A stretch of 64,000 nt of DNA, taken from positions 4,712,001-4,776,000 of the forward strand of contig CM022677.1 in NCBI GenBank assembly GCA_012295275.1. Direction: 5' to 3'. The notes under the pieces are model-generated. The model was not told the DNA's origin and did not search any database. It worked only from the letters and a program-made list of their open reading frames with translations. The translations under genes and the position numbers were made by a program. Positions 1 through 11,175 of the stretch are shown here, in pieces (positions within the stretch are counted from its first letter, which is position 1; each line of letters starts with the position of its first letter). The DNA comes from Chrysomallon squamiferum (Eukaryota > Animalia > Mollusca).

Positions 1-581
1 CATTGAGACACATACACACATAGAGAGAAAGAGAGGTGTACATATATCTATATTTATCTATCTAGATACATACATACAGACAGACAGACAATGATACACA
101 AATTACACATCACTCACAGATAAAAACGCGCTCACTAATATACTGGCTCGCACTCATGGACCTATAAGAACTAATCAAGTGAAAATGTCAAATGTATTAC
201 GTATTTTGACAGAGTTGCTGTTTCTCAAAGTATTAAAGTCGTTCACTGTGCATTAAAGACACAAGAAACAAAGTTATTTTTTATTAGCGCCAAATCCGAC
301 TTAGCACATTGTTTAAATTCATTCACGACAGATTTAGTTTTAATAAAGAATCAACAGATTCCTGTCTCTACCGAGTTCAACTCGAGGCTCAAAGTCATAA
401 ATTTTGTGAAATGAGGAAAACGAAAAAAATGTAAAAACAAAGAAGCTAAATTAATTAATTAAAAATGACAAAAACAACAAAAAATAATAAATAAATAAAT
501 AAATGTATGAATGAATGAATGAATGAATAATAATAATAATGATAATAAATCACATTTCTCTTTAATACACGATTTATTTCG

Positions 582-635
<54 letters not shown>

Positions 636-931
636 TTATACACAGGTGTTAATTTCATTTAAAATTTAACTTTACAAACAATGAATATTCAAAGTAAAAA
701 TATTACAAAATACTAAACAGATAATCCTAATTTGTATTTAGATTTTATAAAATTTTGTATACTGTTTCTTAAAAGGAAAGTATTAAACAATTTGCGGAAA
801 TTAATTGTGGTTTGAGACCAAAACACGGTTTACTCTCTATTATTCCAGACGCCGTGTAACAAGAGATGTTAGTTTCATGACGTCAAATTACCTCAAATAT
901 GTTGTTACGCTGAACATAGATTTTATTAATA

Positions 932-1095
932 CAGTGGTACCTTGACTTACGAGTTTAATTTGTTCCATGGCCCAGCTCGTAACTCAATTTGCTCGTATAT
1001 CAAATCAATTTTCCCAACTGAAATTAATTGAAATATCATTAATCCGTTCCAGCCCATCCAAAACCACCCAATTTTTTTGTAACGTGTTTTTAAAT
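932..1095 (+). mobile_element. 5' end fragment of a pogo/Tigger-like (Tc1/mariner superfamily) DNA transposon
   Basis: TA followed by CAGTGGTACCTTGACTTACGAGTTTAATT...CTCGTAACTCAA...TTAATCCGTTCCAGCCC resembles the terminal sequence of TIGD-type elements as I recall it. No matching second TIR is seen. Confidence 0.6.
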
Positions 1096-1137
1096 AAGCA
1101 AAAAGTATGTATAAAGTTAATAGTTCCCTTAAGAAGA

Positions 1138-1198
<61 letters not shown>

Positions 1199-1404
1199 TA
1201 ATTAATTAATAGAAACAAAAAATTCTGTAAAACAATAGATAGTTCATTTATACAGATACAAAATTATTCATGGTATGTATGTAATATGTATATTGCAATC
1301 GGACATTTTATTCAGATCATTTTGTACAGAAATTAATTATTAATCTAATTAGTAAGTTAAAAGCCTTGTTTAACTTGTGGTACATATAAAAATAATGTGT
1401 TATG

Positions 1405-1510
1405 TAATAAAACAGCTGACGAAATCCCCACGAACGTGTCAACTGCGCATGTGCGAAAAAGTTTCATGGCGATACTGGAGCGCAAATAACTGCATCGATC
1501 GAAGGTAGGA
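1405..1510 (+). promoter_or_regulatory. Candidate promoter / first exon, possibly of the left A1CF-like copy
   Basis: Local CpG cluster in a CpG-poor background, NRF1-like TGCGCATGTGCG (~1444-1455), YY1-like CATGGCG (~1466), and a splice-donor-like GAAG|GTAGGA at 1504/1505. Confidence 0.4.
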
Positions 1511-1734
1511 TGAAAAACTACTTTTTGAGCTGAAATCTCGCTGATGATTTTCCAAAACATGTTCAGTTTTAACTTTTGTATCCGTGGTAAATCAATGAAT
1601 GTCTCTTTTGGGGTCTTTTAATAGATGAATTAATAAAAAACTGGCGAGGAAAATTTCAGTAAAACAAAATTAGTCACCAACAACTTTAAAAGTGCTAATT
1701 ATAATTATTACATTAATATAGTTGGGTTTTTTTC

Positions 1735-1774
<40 letters not shown>

Positions 1775-3228
1775 AAGTTATTTCAGATTTTACAGTTTGA
1801 GATGGATAAATAATAAAAGTGTCTTCGAAATAATATTTTAACCTTAAACCTGTTATCGTACACTATTTATTTTCGACATACATTTAATAAAGGATAATAA
1901 ATTATAATACATTTTTGTTACCATGTCCCATGCTTTGAGCTTTTGTTATAATGAACGTTTGTTAATGTATTTTTGATGTTAAATTATTTCAGTTAAAACG
2001 GAATCAACCTAAAGTGTTATAACCTGAAATAAGAGTCATGTCGTAAGTATTAAATTTTTATTTTTTTCTAAATTTTTAATTTTTATTTTCCATTATTTTA
2101 GTCGTCAGAAAATAAAAATATTTGGAAAATTAATATAAAGCGTTTTAGAATAAGTTGAGTGAAATACAAATTAAAGGGAAGCAATCTGACAGGTGGTGAA
2201 AAGGAAGTTATATCTAAGTACTGAGGCCCATAAAAGGCTAACTTTCTGATTCTAATTAAGGAAAGAAATTTTAGCTTCATATTTTTAGGCTAGTTTATTG
2301 CTAAAACTATCTGACAGAACTGATTTGGTTATAAAACACAAATGTTCACTGACAGATGTAGTGTTGTGCATAAGTTTGATGATGCACACAGCTAACTCCC
2401 TAGTTTTATGTCCCCTCCTCTCCCCCACCCCAACCAAAAAAAAACCAAATCTAGGAAATGTGAAAAAGAATCATGTTTTAAATATTTAAAAAATAAATTA
2501 AAACTGACAAATAAATCTTTTATTCAAATTAAATATAAATTAACTACATTGATTATTTGTAATTTCAGTGTTTGAAATGAACTCTCTTGTAAGAAATGTT
2601 TTTTAAAACTTTTTCTTTTTTTCACCTAAAATGAGAGGATTTCTTTCTCTGTACTAATTAAACCAAAGTGAGTTAATCTCTCTTGTGACTTAGACGTGTT
2701 TTTATTAATTTAAGCTTTGCAAATGCAATGATAAGTTGTATGCAGTGTAAACTGTAGAGAAGACATCCTTTCTGACCATCAGCAAAGCCTAGATTGTTTT
2801 CAGACAGAAATGTAGTTTCTGCAGCTGTAACAAGTATGACGAGGTCAATAATTTCATGTTTAATTTTGATATCCTTTTGGTTTATGTTGTATTATTTTCA
2901 TCATCAAGCTGTTTAACACTGGATTCATCAAATATCAAAACTTTTTTTGTAAGAATGCTAAAAAAATCTTTAAATACAGGTTTGTGCTTGCGGTTTAAAT
3001 GAAACAGAATCAGTATATAGCATAATTTAACCTGATAATACAGTTTTTAAAAGAGAATCACAAATTTTCCAACAGTTTAGTTAGTGAAAGATTTGTTAGT
3101 GTCACGTGATCACTTACTGCTGCTTTTTTGTTTTGTCTTCACAGTTTTCATTTAACACTCTCTCTTGTTTGTTTTGTCTTCATACACACAGTTTTAAAAG
3201 TATTTTTATTTTTTATTCTTTTTACAAG

Positions 3229-3313
3229 TGGTAGAATTCAAGGTCAACGTCAGTGGTCTCGAACTGTGGGTCGCCCAACAGCACAAACATCTGAGAGATA
3301 TAGAAATATTCAG
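3229..3313 (+). other. Candidate upstream exon of the left A1CF-like copy (SGRIQGQRQWSRTVGRPTAQTSERYRNIQ)
   Basis: Polypyrimidine tract + aag acceptor and a strong CAG|GTCAGT donor. It joins in frame to ATG ACG AG| at 2836-2843. Its phase does not match exon 4442 directly, so the model is incomplete. Confidence 0.3.
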
Positions 3314-3804
3314 GTCAGTGTGAGACATGTCACTTATTTACTTCTTTTTTAAACACAGGACATGCTAAATGTTAAATATTTTCACTAGTGAAATAATCTG
3401 AATGTATTTGTTTATCCTGCAATAACACAAAACTAAATAACACAAAATGAAATAACACAAAACAAAATAATTCATAAATAACAACAATTTATTTGTTATT
3501 TTCAAAATGGTCTTTAATGTCTAAACCAGAAATTAAACACTAAGAAGTAAGTTTAAAAGAGTAAAGATGTGTATTGAAGTAAATATAATTCTCTTCCAAA
3601 AAGCTCCATTTGTGGTCAGTGGTCAAACATACAGAAATTAATCTAGTCACATCTTGGCAAAATGTACACTGATTGCAGGATATATATATACAGATATATA
3701 TATCTTCCCATTGGTCTGTTTCCTTAATGAATAATTTTTAAACTATAAATCTAATTTGCTTTTGATGTCACAGTATCCTACTCTAAAAAAAGTGTCATTC
3801 ATCG

Positions 3805-4310
3805 ATTAATGTGTGTTTGATTCATTAATTAATGTATATTTTGTTTATTAATTAATGTATATTTTGTTTATTAATTAAAGTATATTTTGTTCATTAATTA
3901 ATGTATATTTGATTCATTAATTAATATATATTTTGTTTATTAATTAATGTATATTTTGTTCATTAATTAATGTATATATTTTGTTTATTAATTAATGTAT
4001 ATTTTGTTTATTAATTAATGTATATTTTGTTTATTAATTAATGTATATTTTGTTTATTAATTAATTTATATTTTATTCATTTATTAATATATATTTTGTT
4101 TATTTATTAATATATATTTGGTTCATTTTTTTATTGTATATTTGATTCATTAATTAATATATTTTTGTTTATTAATTAATTTATATTTTGTTCATTTATT
4201 AATATATATTTTGTTTATTTATTAATATATATTTGGTTCATTTTTTTAATGTGTATTTGATTCATTAATTAATGTATATTTCATTCATTAACTAATATAT
4301 ATTTGAATAT
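3805..4310. repeat. AT-rich ~24-bp minisatellite (attaattaatgtatattttgttt)
   Basis: Directly visible tandem units. Confidence 0.9.
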
Positions 4311-4441
4311 ATATTAAGTAAAACGATTTGTGCAAATGCAAGATTACTTCACAACTATTATCTTTTCTCATGTAAATTATGCTCAGAATAATGGGATAAA
4401 ACTGATTTCAAGATGTTTGTGAGAAAGTCTTTCTAATGTAG

Positions 4442-4530
4442 GGTGGCTTTATGACATCTTGCCGGGCACAGAGTTGTCTCCCATTAATCCTGTTACTCTC
4501 GAACCACAAACTTTGAAATCTGCAATGCAG
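4442..4530 (+). CDS. A1CF: A1CF-like exon preceding the dsRBD (WLYDILPGTELSPINPVTLEPQTLKSAMQ)
   Basis: tag|GG...CAG|gtacag boundaries; near-identical to the conserved A1CF pre-dsRBD linker. Confidence 0.85.
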
Positions 4531-5062
4531 GTACAGTCAAATATATAGTCAGCACTATTCTGTGACTTGCTTGCTTTTAGTGAAATGTGACTAGCACTTA
4601 CCTGCAATTTCTTCACCTGTTCTTAATAGTGCACTATGAACCCTTTTTATTTGTTTATTTTCTTAATTTTTAAAAATAAAGTTATAATTGTAATATGCAT
4701 CTATAAATAAGTTATTCTGTTTAATCTAAGTCTAATTCTTTTAACATAAATTAAAAAATCACTCATTTTCATCAGTAGTATGCCTCTCATTAGATAATAG
4801 CTATCTTTCATTACCATTTATATGAAATAGCTGAAATATATATATTATTTTATTATTAATATCATTATTATCAGTCTGTGCAGATGCAGAACTGTAACAT
4901 TTGAATCTGTATCATATTGAAAAATAAATATAAATAAATGAAATAGGACTTAGGAATGTCATTTTAAAAGGTGTTTACAGCAGTTATCAAGATGATACCA
5001 AATGCAGATGATTGTTAATAAGTTCAGTTTAAATATAACTACCAAGTTAGCCTGGCTTAGTC

Positions 5063-6140
5063 CAGTGTTTCCGCCCCCTTGGACTCTAGAGTTTTTCATA
5101 TCATTCAGAAGTTACAACACACAGTGTTTTAAAACACATGATGTCCTGAGTAATGTTTGACAAACTTGCATTTAATCTTCTAAAAGTCTACAGCACAAAG
5201 GAGAAAAATATATAAAAAAAAATGTTGATGTAAATATTGTATTTAATGCAAAAAGAAAACATTCAAGTAACGTCCTTTTCAAAAAATGTTTCTCAATAAA
5301 AAATAGTGGTACAGGATGCAGCAAAAGAGTTTTTAACAATTTATGTTTTGCAGTCTGCTTTAAGGCTAATATTTTTATGAATTTGGTGCTTACAGGCTAA
5401 TTCCTTCACCCTTGGGTGACTTAGAAGTAATCTTAAATCTCCTCTTAATTATTTGCAGGTGATTTCTTAGTTTTGTGTCTGGTATTTCCATATTTGTAAG
5501 ATCTTGGTATCTACCGCTCATGTCTGTTATGTTTTAACATTAAAACATAAAGTTCATTTCAGTTTCCAAACAATTTATTTCATTTCAAAATGGCTACAAA
5601 CAAAAACTGACGCACACTAGGGTGACGTCATATAATACTCTCTCCCTTATTCCAGTTCCCCTAAACATTGTAAACTGTAACAGTGTTAACTATAACACCA
5701 TTTAGATACAACAGTGTCCTTGTGCAATGTCTGACAAATAAATCAAGAGGTCGTCTTGCAGTTTGCAGTTATCAGACTCATCATTTTCTAGTTCATTATG
5801 TTTTCAAAACTGAGACAGATTCCGAAGGCCAATATTATTGTTGAAGAAGGTCAGCTTGTCCAAGAATGTACAAATCTTAGATTTTGCTTGATAAGATTTA
5901 GTTCACTGCCTTGCAATTGCAAATTGAGATCGTTGAATATGGTGAATAGATCTGTTAAATAAGCAATGTCTGTTTTGTTTGCTAAAAGATAATCACTCAA
6001 ATGATTACATTTATTTTCCTGGAGAAATTGCACTATGCTGTTGAAAAGAGAATAAAATCATTTTAAACAGTTTTAACCACCTCACTTTGGTATGTAACAG
6101 AATGTGATCAAATTCTTCATTGTTGTTGTTACAGCATTCT
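5063..6140 (-). mobile_element. Decayed, internally deleted hAT (Buster/SCAND3/ZBED8-like) transposon inside the A1CF-like intron
   Basis: Minus-strand remnants ILLHTKVRW, IAYLTDLFTIFNDLNLQLQG and a C-terminal DLRLLLS...HQIH. CAGTGTTTCC at ~5063 resembles a Buster/Charlie terminus. Confidence 0.7.
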
Positions 6141-6205
6141 TGTTACAGAGTTGTTATGCCCACATTTACAGCAGTGCTGCCTTTTACACCTTTTCCTTTC
6201 ACTAA

Positions 6206-7528
6206 CATGGGCTGGATTTAAGAATAAACGATGCCAGTGGGCCAGACTCACATTTCTAGCCTTTCGTTTTTTAATACAACTACTTGAAATGGTTTGAAAA
6301 AGTATACTTCTTCACTGCTATCAAAAAATTATAGTCTCCAGATATTACATGAATACAAAATGACCATTAAAAATTTTGATTTAGAACCTTACATTCTATA
6401 AAACAAATTTAACAATCGATCAAGATTAAAAAAACATTTGTTCAAATAAATGGCTTTGTATTTCAATAATAAAACAATTTTATTTACATGTATACCGGTA
6501 ATGAACGAAAATATCAGTGAGAAACTTGAAATTGTTCGAGTCATCAAGAAGCTTTTCAATGTCTGTGGGAATATTTGTTAAGGCAAGTCAGAGTTCATCT
6601 TCGAGGTGAGCATCACTCAAAGAATTTCTTTTGTTCAGTTTTACAGACTGAAGAGGTATTCACACATCCATGTCGAACCGAACAAAACGAGAAAGCGTTT
6701 TGAGTAGCAAGTAAGATTTGGATATTGAGTGTGAGGCAGACCGTATTTGTAGAAGTCCATCAGATTCCTTTTTGAAAACTGACTCTTCACAGTCACTTTG
6801 TAACTCATTCAATTCCATTTGAAGCTCAACGGGGGCATCAGCAGGATCAAAAGGCATTGAAAGAATTTTCAGCTGGACTTCACAAGCACGGAAATCCTTA
6901 AATCTCCTGGCAAATTCTTCCTGCGAAGACAGTCCTCCACTTTAATTCATCTTTCACTCTGAAATAAGGTAATCCTCAGGGTTTAAAGACTCTTTTGGCC
7001 TTCACAAAATAATTACCCTGAGATTTTTGTCAACTTCAGTTGCAAAATATTTTTTTTAACAGTGATAGGTAATCCATTGACATTCGCTCACAAAGAATTC
7101 CCGGTTTATGTTGAAATGTGCGACTGTTCCTGAAGGCAAGGAAAGTGAGCATGATTGCTGTCAGCAATTTGAGTAATCCACAAATCCAGTTTCTTTTGTA
7201 AAGCTGTCACCTCCCCAAACAAATCATGGATGAGTTTTTCTTTTCCTTGTAACTGCACATTCAACTCATTCAGCTTGTGTGAAATGTCCACCAGAAAGGA
7301 AAAATCATTCATCCATTTGTCATCGTCAAAATTGATGCATAAATTTCCTTTTGCTTCAAGAAATGCTGCCACATGTTCTCGAATATCGTGAAAGCGTTTC
7401 AAAGTAAGTCCATGGCTGAGCCACCTGATCTCAGTAAAGTAAGGAATGCCGGAAAATTCGGCGTTTATCTCATCGAGAAACTTTCAAAACTATCAATGAT
7501 TTAATGCAGTCAGCAACATCACGCGTTA
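6206..7528 (-). mobile_element. Decayed hAT transposase of the GTF2IRD2/SPIN type, 3' half
   Basis: FTEIRWLSHGLTLKRFHDIREHVAAFLE...FLVDISHKLNELNVQLQGK...HFPCL; RRFKDF...PFDPADAPVELQMELNELQ; FGSTWMCE; ends QVSH* near 6517. It has frameshifts and is truncated at the N at 7529. Confidence 0.85.
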
Positions 7529-7529
7529 N

Positions 7530-7885
7530 CATACAGCGAGATTGTTGTGTTCACACATCTTCATGTGTTCATACAGTGAGATTGTTGTGTTCACACAACA
7601 ACTTCATGTGTTCATACAGCGAGATTGTTGTGTTCACACAACAACTTCATGTGTTCATACAGCGAGATTGTTGTGTTCACACAACTTCATGTGTTCATAC
7701 AGCGAGATTGTTGTGTTCATACAACAACTTCATGTGTTCATACAGTAAATGTTACTTGTTGTGTTCATACAACAACTTCATGTGTGTGTTCATAGAACTG
7801 TAGCTTATTTTACACAGTAATATTTAAATTTGTCATACAGATTGTTTTGATAACACCCCTTATACAACAACTTCATGTGTTCATG
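7530..7885. repeat. 40-43-bp minisatellite (catacagcgagattgttgtgttcacacaacaacttcatgtgtt)
   Basis: About 6 visible units starting right after the single N at 7529. Confidence 0.9.
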
Positions 7886-8059
7886 AGAAAAGACTCACAG
7901 CGCCCCCTTGTTTACTCACAATGCCCACCAGGGGCTTGTTGTGTTCAAGACACATCTACATTGTGAGTTTAGGAAAAACTGTGGAAGGTGCTGTCCTGTC
8001 TGTGAGATGGCACCAAGATTTTATCTCTGTAGCAGTAAAATCTTCAGCCAAAAAGAATT

Positions 8060-8400
8060 GTATTCAGTGTAGATTAAAATACATTCAGTGTGTTGTTAAA
8101 CAAAAAATAAAATAAATAAAATTATAATATAAAAAATAAAATAAATCAAATTATAATCAGTGTAGATTAAAATATATTCGGTGTGTTGTTAAACAAAAAA
8201 TAAAATAAATAAAATTATAATCAGTGTAGATTAAAATACATTCAGTGTGTTGTTAAATAAAATATAAAATAAATAAAATTATAATCAGTGTAGATTAAAA
8301 TACATTCAGTGTGTTGTTAAATAAAAAATAAAATAAATAAAATTATAATCAGTGTAGATTAAAATACATTCAGTGTGTTGTTAAATAAAAAATAAAATAA
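8060..8400. repeat. 64-bp tandem repeat, ~5 copies
   Basis: tcagtgtagattaaaatacattcagtgtgttgttaaa... recurs with a 64-bp period. Confidence 0.9.
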
Positions 8401-9552
8401 AGTTTCTGTTTTTCCTTTATCTAGGAAACACTTAATCACAAATTCCAAGAACAGCAACTGTAGATTATGTCTTTAAATGTATTTCAGTGACTACTATTTA
8501 TTTATTTATTTATGTTGATTATATCTTTAAATGTATTTCAGTGACTACTATTTATTTATTTATTTATTTATTTATGTTACTTCATCAGGCACAGACAAAA
8601 GTGATTTGTTAAAACACATTTTAAAATATCTGCCTCTAAAGCAGTTTGTCAGCTATTTAATTATTACTATTATTACTATTACTATTACTATTACTCTTAC
8701 TATTATTATTATTATTATTACTATTACTATTACTATTATTACTATTACTATTACTATTACTATTAAAACTATTATTATTAAAATTATTTTAAAATATCTA
8801 TTACTATTATTTACAGTTTATTACTATTTAATTATTATTATTATTATTATTACTATTACTATTATTACTATTACTATTACTATTGGTATAACAGATTTTC
8901 TCATTCAAAAGGATGAATATTTGTTTAGAGGAAAACAATATGTTCTTTTCTTATCAGTGACAGTTGAAACTATATATATCTTTTTCATTTTACCATCCTG
9001 AAACTTCATTAAACTTAAATATTTTATTTATTATTTATTTTCTTTTTTGTTTATTTTTTCTTTCAAAAGCTACTAATAATTAATTTATATTCATTTACCT
9101 TTTGCTTCTTTACTGCTTTGTTTCACTGTGTTTCATTTTGCCATATTTAATGTGAAACACAAGAATTTATTTGTTAGAAACATGAGCAAGTACAGTCAAA
9201 TTTATAAGTGGTAACTAACTTTCTTCCAATACATTTTGTATTAGTAATGGCTCCTGTTTTTAAAGTTAAAAGAACTAAGTAATACTGGAATACTGGTGAT
9301 TTGGAAGAATCCACTGAAATAAAACTCTGAGCAATGGAGTAGATATTTGTTAATGTTTTAAGCAAAGACTAGTATTAACTAAAGCAGTTCAGTAGTTTAA
9401 TGAACTAAGATGTAGTAAAAACTTTTAATTTAGTCATTAATTACATATTCACCACTTGTGGTGCTTTGGGCTTTTTGGGTTATAGAAATAACTAATACCA
9501 GTCAAACTGAAAGTCTCAAATGAGCTGATTTTTAACTGTCACTTTTTTACAG

Positions 9553-9660
9553 ATCTTGGATGAAGTGTGTGAGAAACATTGGTGGGGAAAGCCAGTCTAC
9601 GAGCTTGATTCTGTGAACCACAAAACAGCTGCTGGTGAAAGAAAAATGTTCTTTTTCCAG
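9553..9660 (+). CDS. A1CF: A1CF-like dsRBD exon 1, left copy
   Basis: ttttacag|ATC...CAG|gttggt; 36 open codons containing the WGKPVY dsRBD motif. Confidence 0.85.
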
Positions 9661-9818
9661 GTTGGTGCTACTTGAGGATGGCTGTATGTTCTCTGATAAT
9701 GTACACATCCTTGATTTCTTACTTTCTAAACAAACAGTAAAAACAGTATTTTTTAAACTAAAAAGCAAATAAAAGAAGCACTGTGTGTGTACAAAGAAAT
9801 AACCTTCTTCTCTTTCAG

Positions 9819-9933
9819 GTGACAATTCCAGGTCTGAGAAAAATGTTTTGTCCGGATAAACTGAGTGACACAATTGAGGAGGCAGAAATCTACGCAGCAT
9901 AGTACGTCCTTTCACGTCTGAGAGTGAGCAGTA
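9819..9933 (+). pseudogene. A1CF: A1CF-like dsRBD exon 2, left copy, with nonsense TAG (9900-9902)
   Basis: tctttcag|GTG...AGTA|gtgagt. The right copy has GAG (Glu) at the same codon. Confidence 0.85.
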
Positions 9934-10130
9934 GTGAGTACTCACTTCTTTGATGTATGTAACACTTGCATGTCTCAGACTCAACAGTAAGTACTCACTT
10001 CTTTGATGTATGTAACACTTGCATGTCTCAGACTCAACAGTAAGTACTCACTTTTTTGATGTATGTAACACTTGCATGTCTCAGACTCAACAGTAAGTAC
10101 TCACTTCTTTGATGTATGTAACACTTGCAC
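9934..10130. repeat. 53-bp intronic tandem repeat, ~3.7 copies (partner 63250-63495, ~4.7 copies)
   Basis: gtactcacttctttgatgtatgtaacacttgcatgtctcagactcaacagtaa units. Confidence 0.95.
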
Positions 10131-10499
10131 ACTGATCATTTATTTATTTATGCTTCTTTTAAAGACATACTTCACTATTGCCCTGACACTGGGTTTTGTA
10201 CATCTCAGTTTGTTTATTCCTTTGCTTTCCAGATTTATCAAAATTTATTAATATGAACATAGTTACTAATCTATGGTTTCAGCATTAATTACTAATCAGT
10301 ACTTGAGATTAAAACATCTTCGAATCCAGTTAATAAAGACCTTTTTTTTTTCTTTTTTTATTTTAAAATAATTAAAATTAATGTTCTGTAATTTCAGATG
10401 CATGTGGTTATCCTAGCCTGCAGTTAATGTATTTCTAATCTGTGTATTTTATTTTAGGGCTCTGTCTAATTTGATATATAACAGTGATGTGATTTAATT

Positions 10500-11175
10500 T
10501 TAATTGTATGACTGTACCAGCAGTAATCAGTGAAGTGTAGATTTATTTTTTAATTGTATGACTGTACAAACTAATCATTGAAGTGTAGATTTATTTTTTA
10601 ATTGTATGACTGTACAAACTAATCATTGAAGTGTAGATTTATTTTTTGATTGTATGACTGTACAAACTAATCATTGAAGTGTAGATTTATTTTTTGATTG
10701 TATGACTGTACAAACTAATCATTGAAGTGTAGATTTATTTTTTAATTGTATGACTGTACAAACTAATCATTGAAGTGTAGATTTATTTTTTAATTGTATG
10801 ACTGTACAAACTAATCATTGAAGTGTAGATTTATTTTTTAATTGTATGACTGTACAAACTAATCATTGAAGTGTAGATTTATTTTTTAATTGTATGACTG
10901 TACAAACTAATCATTGAAGTGTAGATTTATTTTTTTAATTGTATGACTGTACAAACTAATCATTGAAGTGTAGATTTATTTTTTTAATTGTATGACTGTA
11001 CAAACTAATCATTGAAGTGTAGATTTATTTTTTAATTGTATGACTGTACAAACTAATCATTGAAGTGTAGATTTATTTTTTAATTGTATGACTGTACAAA
11101 CTAATCATTGAAGTGTAGATTTATTTTTTAATTGTATGACTGTACAAACAGTAATCAGTGAAGTGTAGATTTACT
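10500..11175. repeat. 48-bp minisatellite, ~14 copies, occupying the position of a lost exon
   Basis: aattgtatgactgtacaaactaatcattgaagtgtagatttatttttt units. Only ~1 unit exists in the right copy (62820-62878). Confidence 0.95.

Noticed and set aside
455-1209. Poly-Ile / poly-Asn ORFs, also at 8531, 14955, 34183, 49743 and 55487
   Set aside because: (AAT/ATT)n microsatellites.
7504-7803. Repetitive Cys/His-rich ORFs and hairpin-containing units (CRISPR-like or coding)
   Set aside because: Head-to-tail 40-43-bp units without unique spacers; the period is not a constant multiple of 3.
9547-9984. 145-aa minus-strand ORF, and its mirror 63445-63792 on plus
   Set aside because: Antisense shadow of the A1CF-like exons and intron; no recognisable protein.
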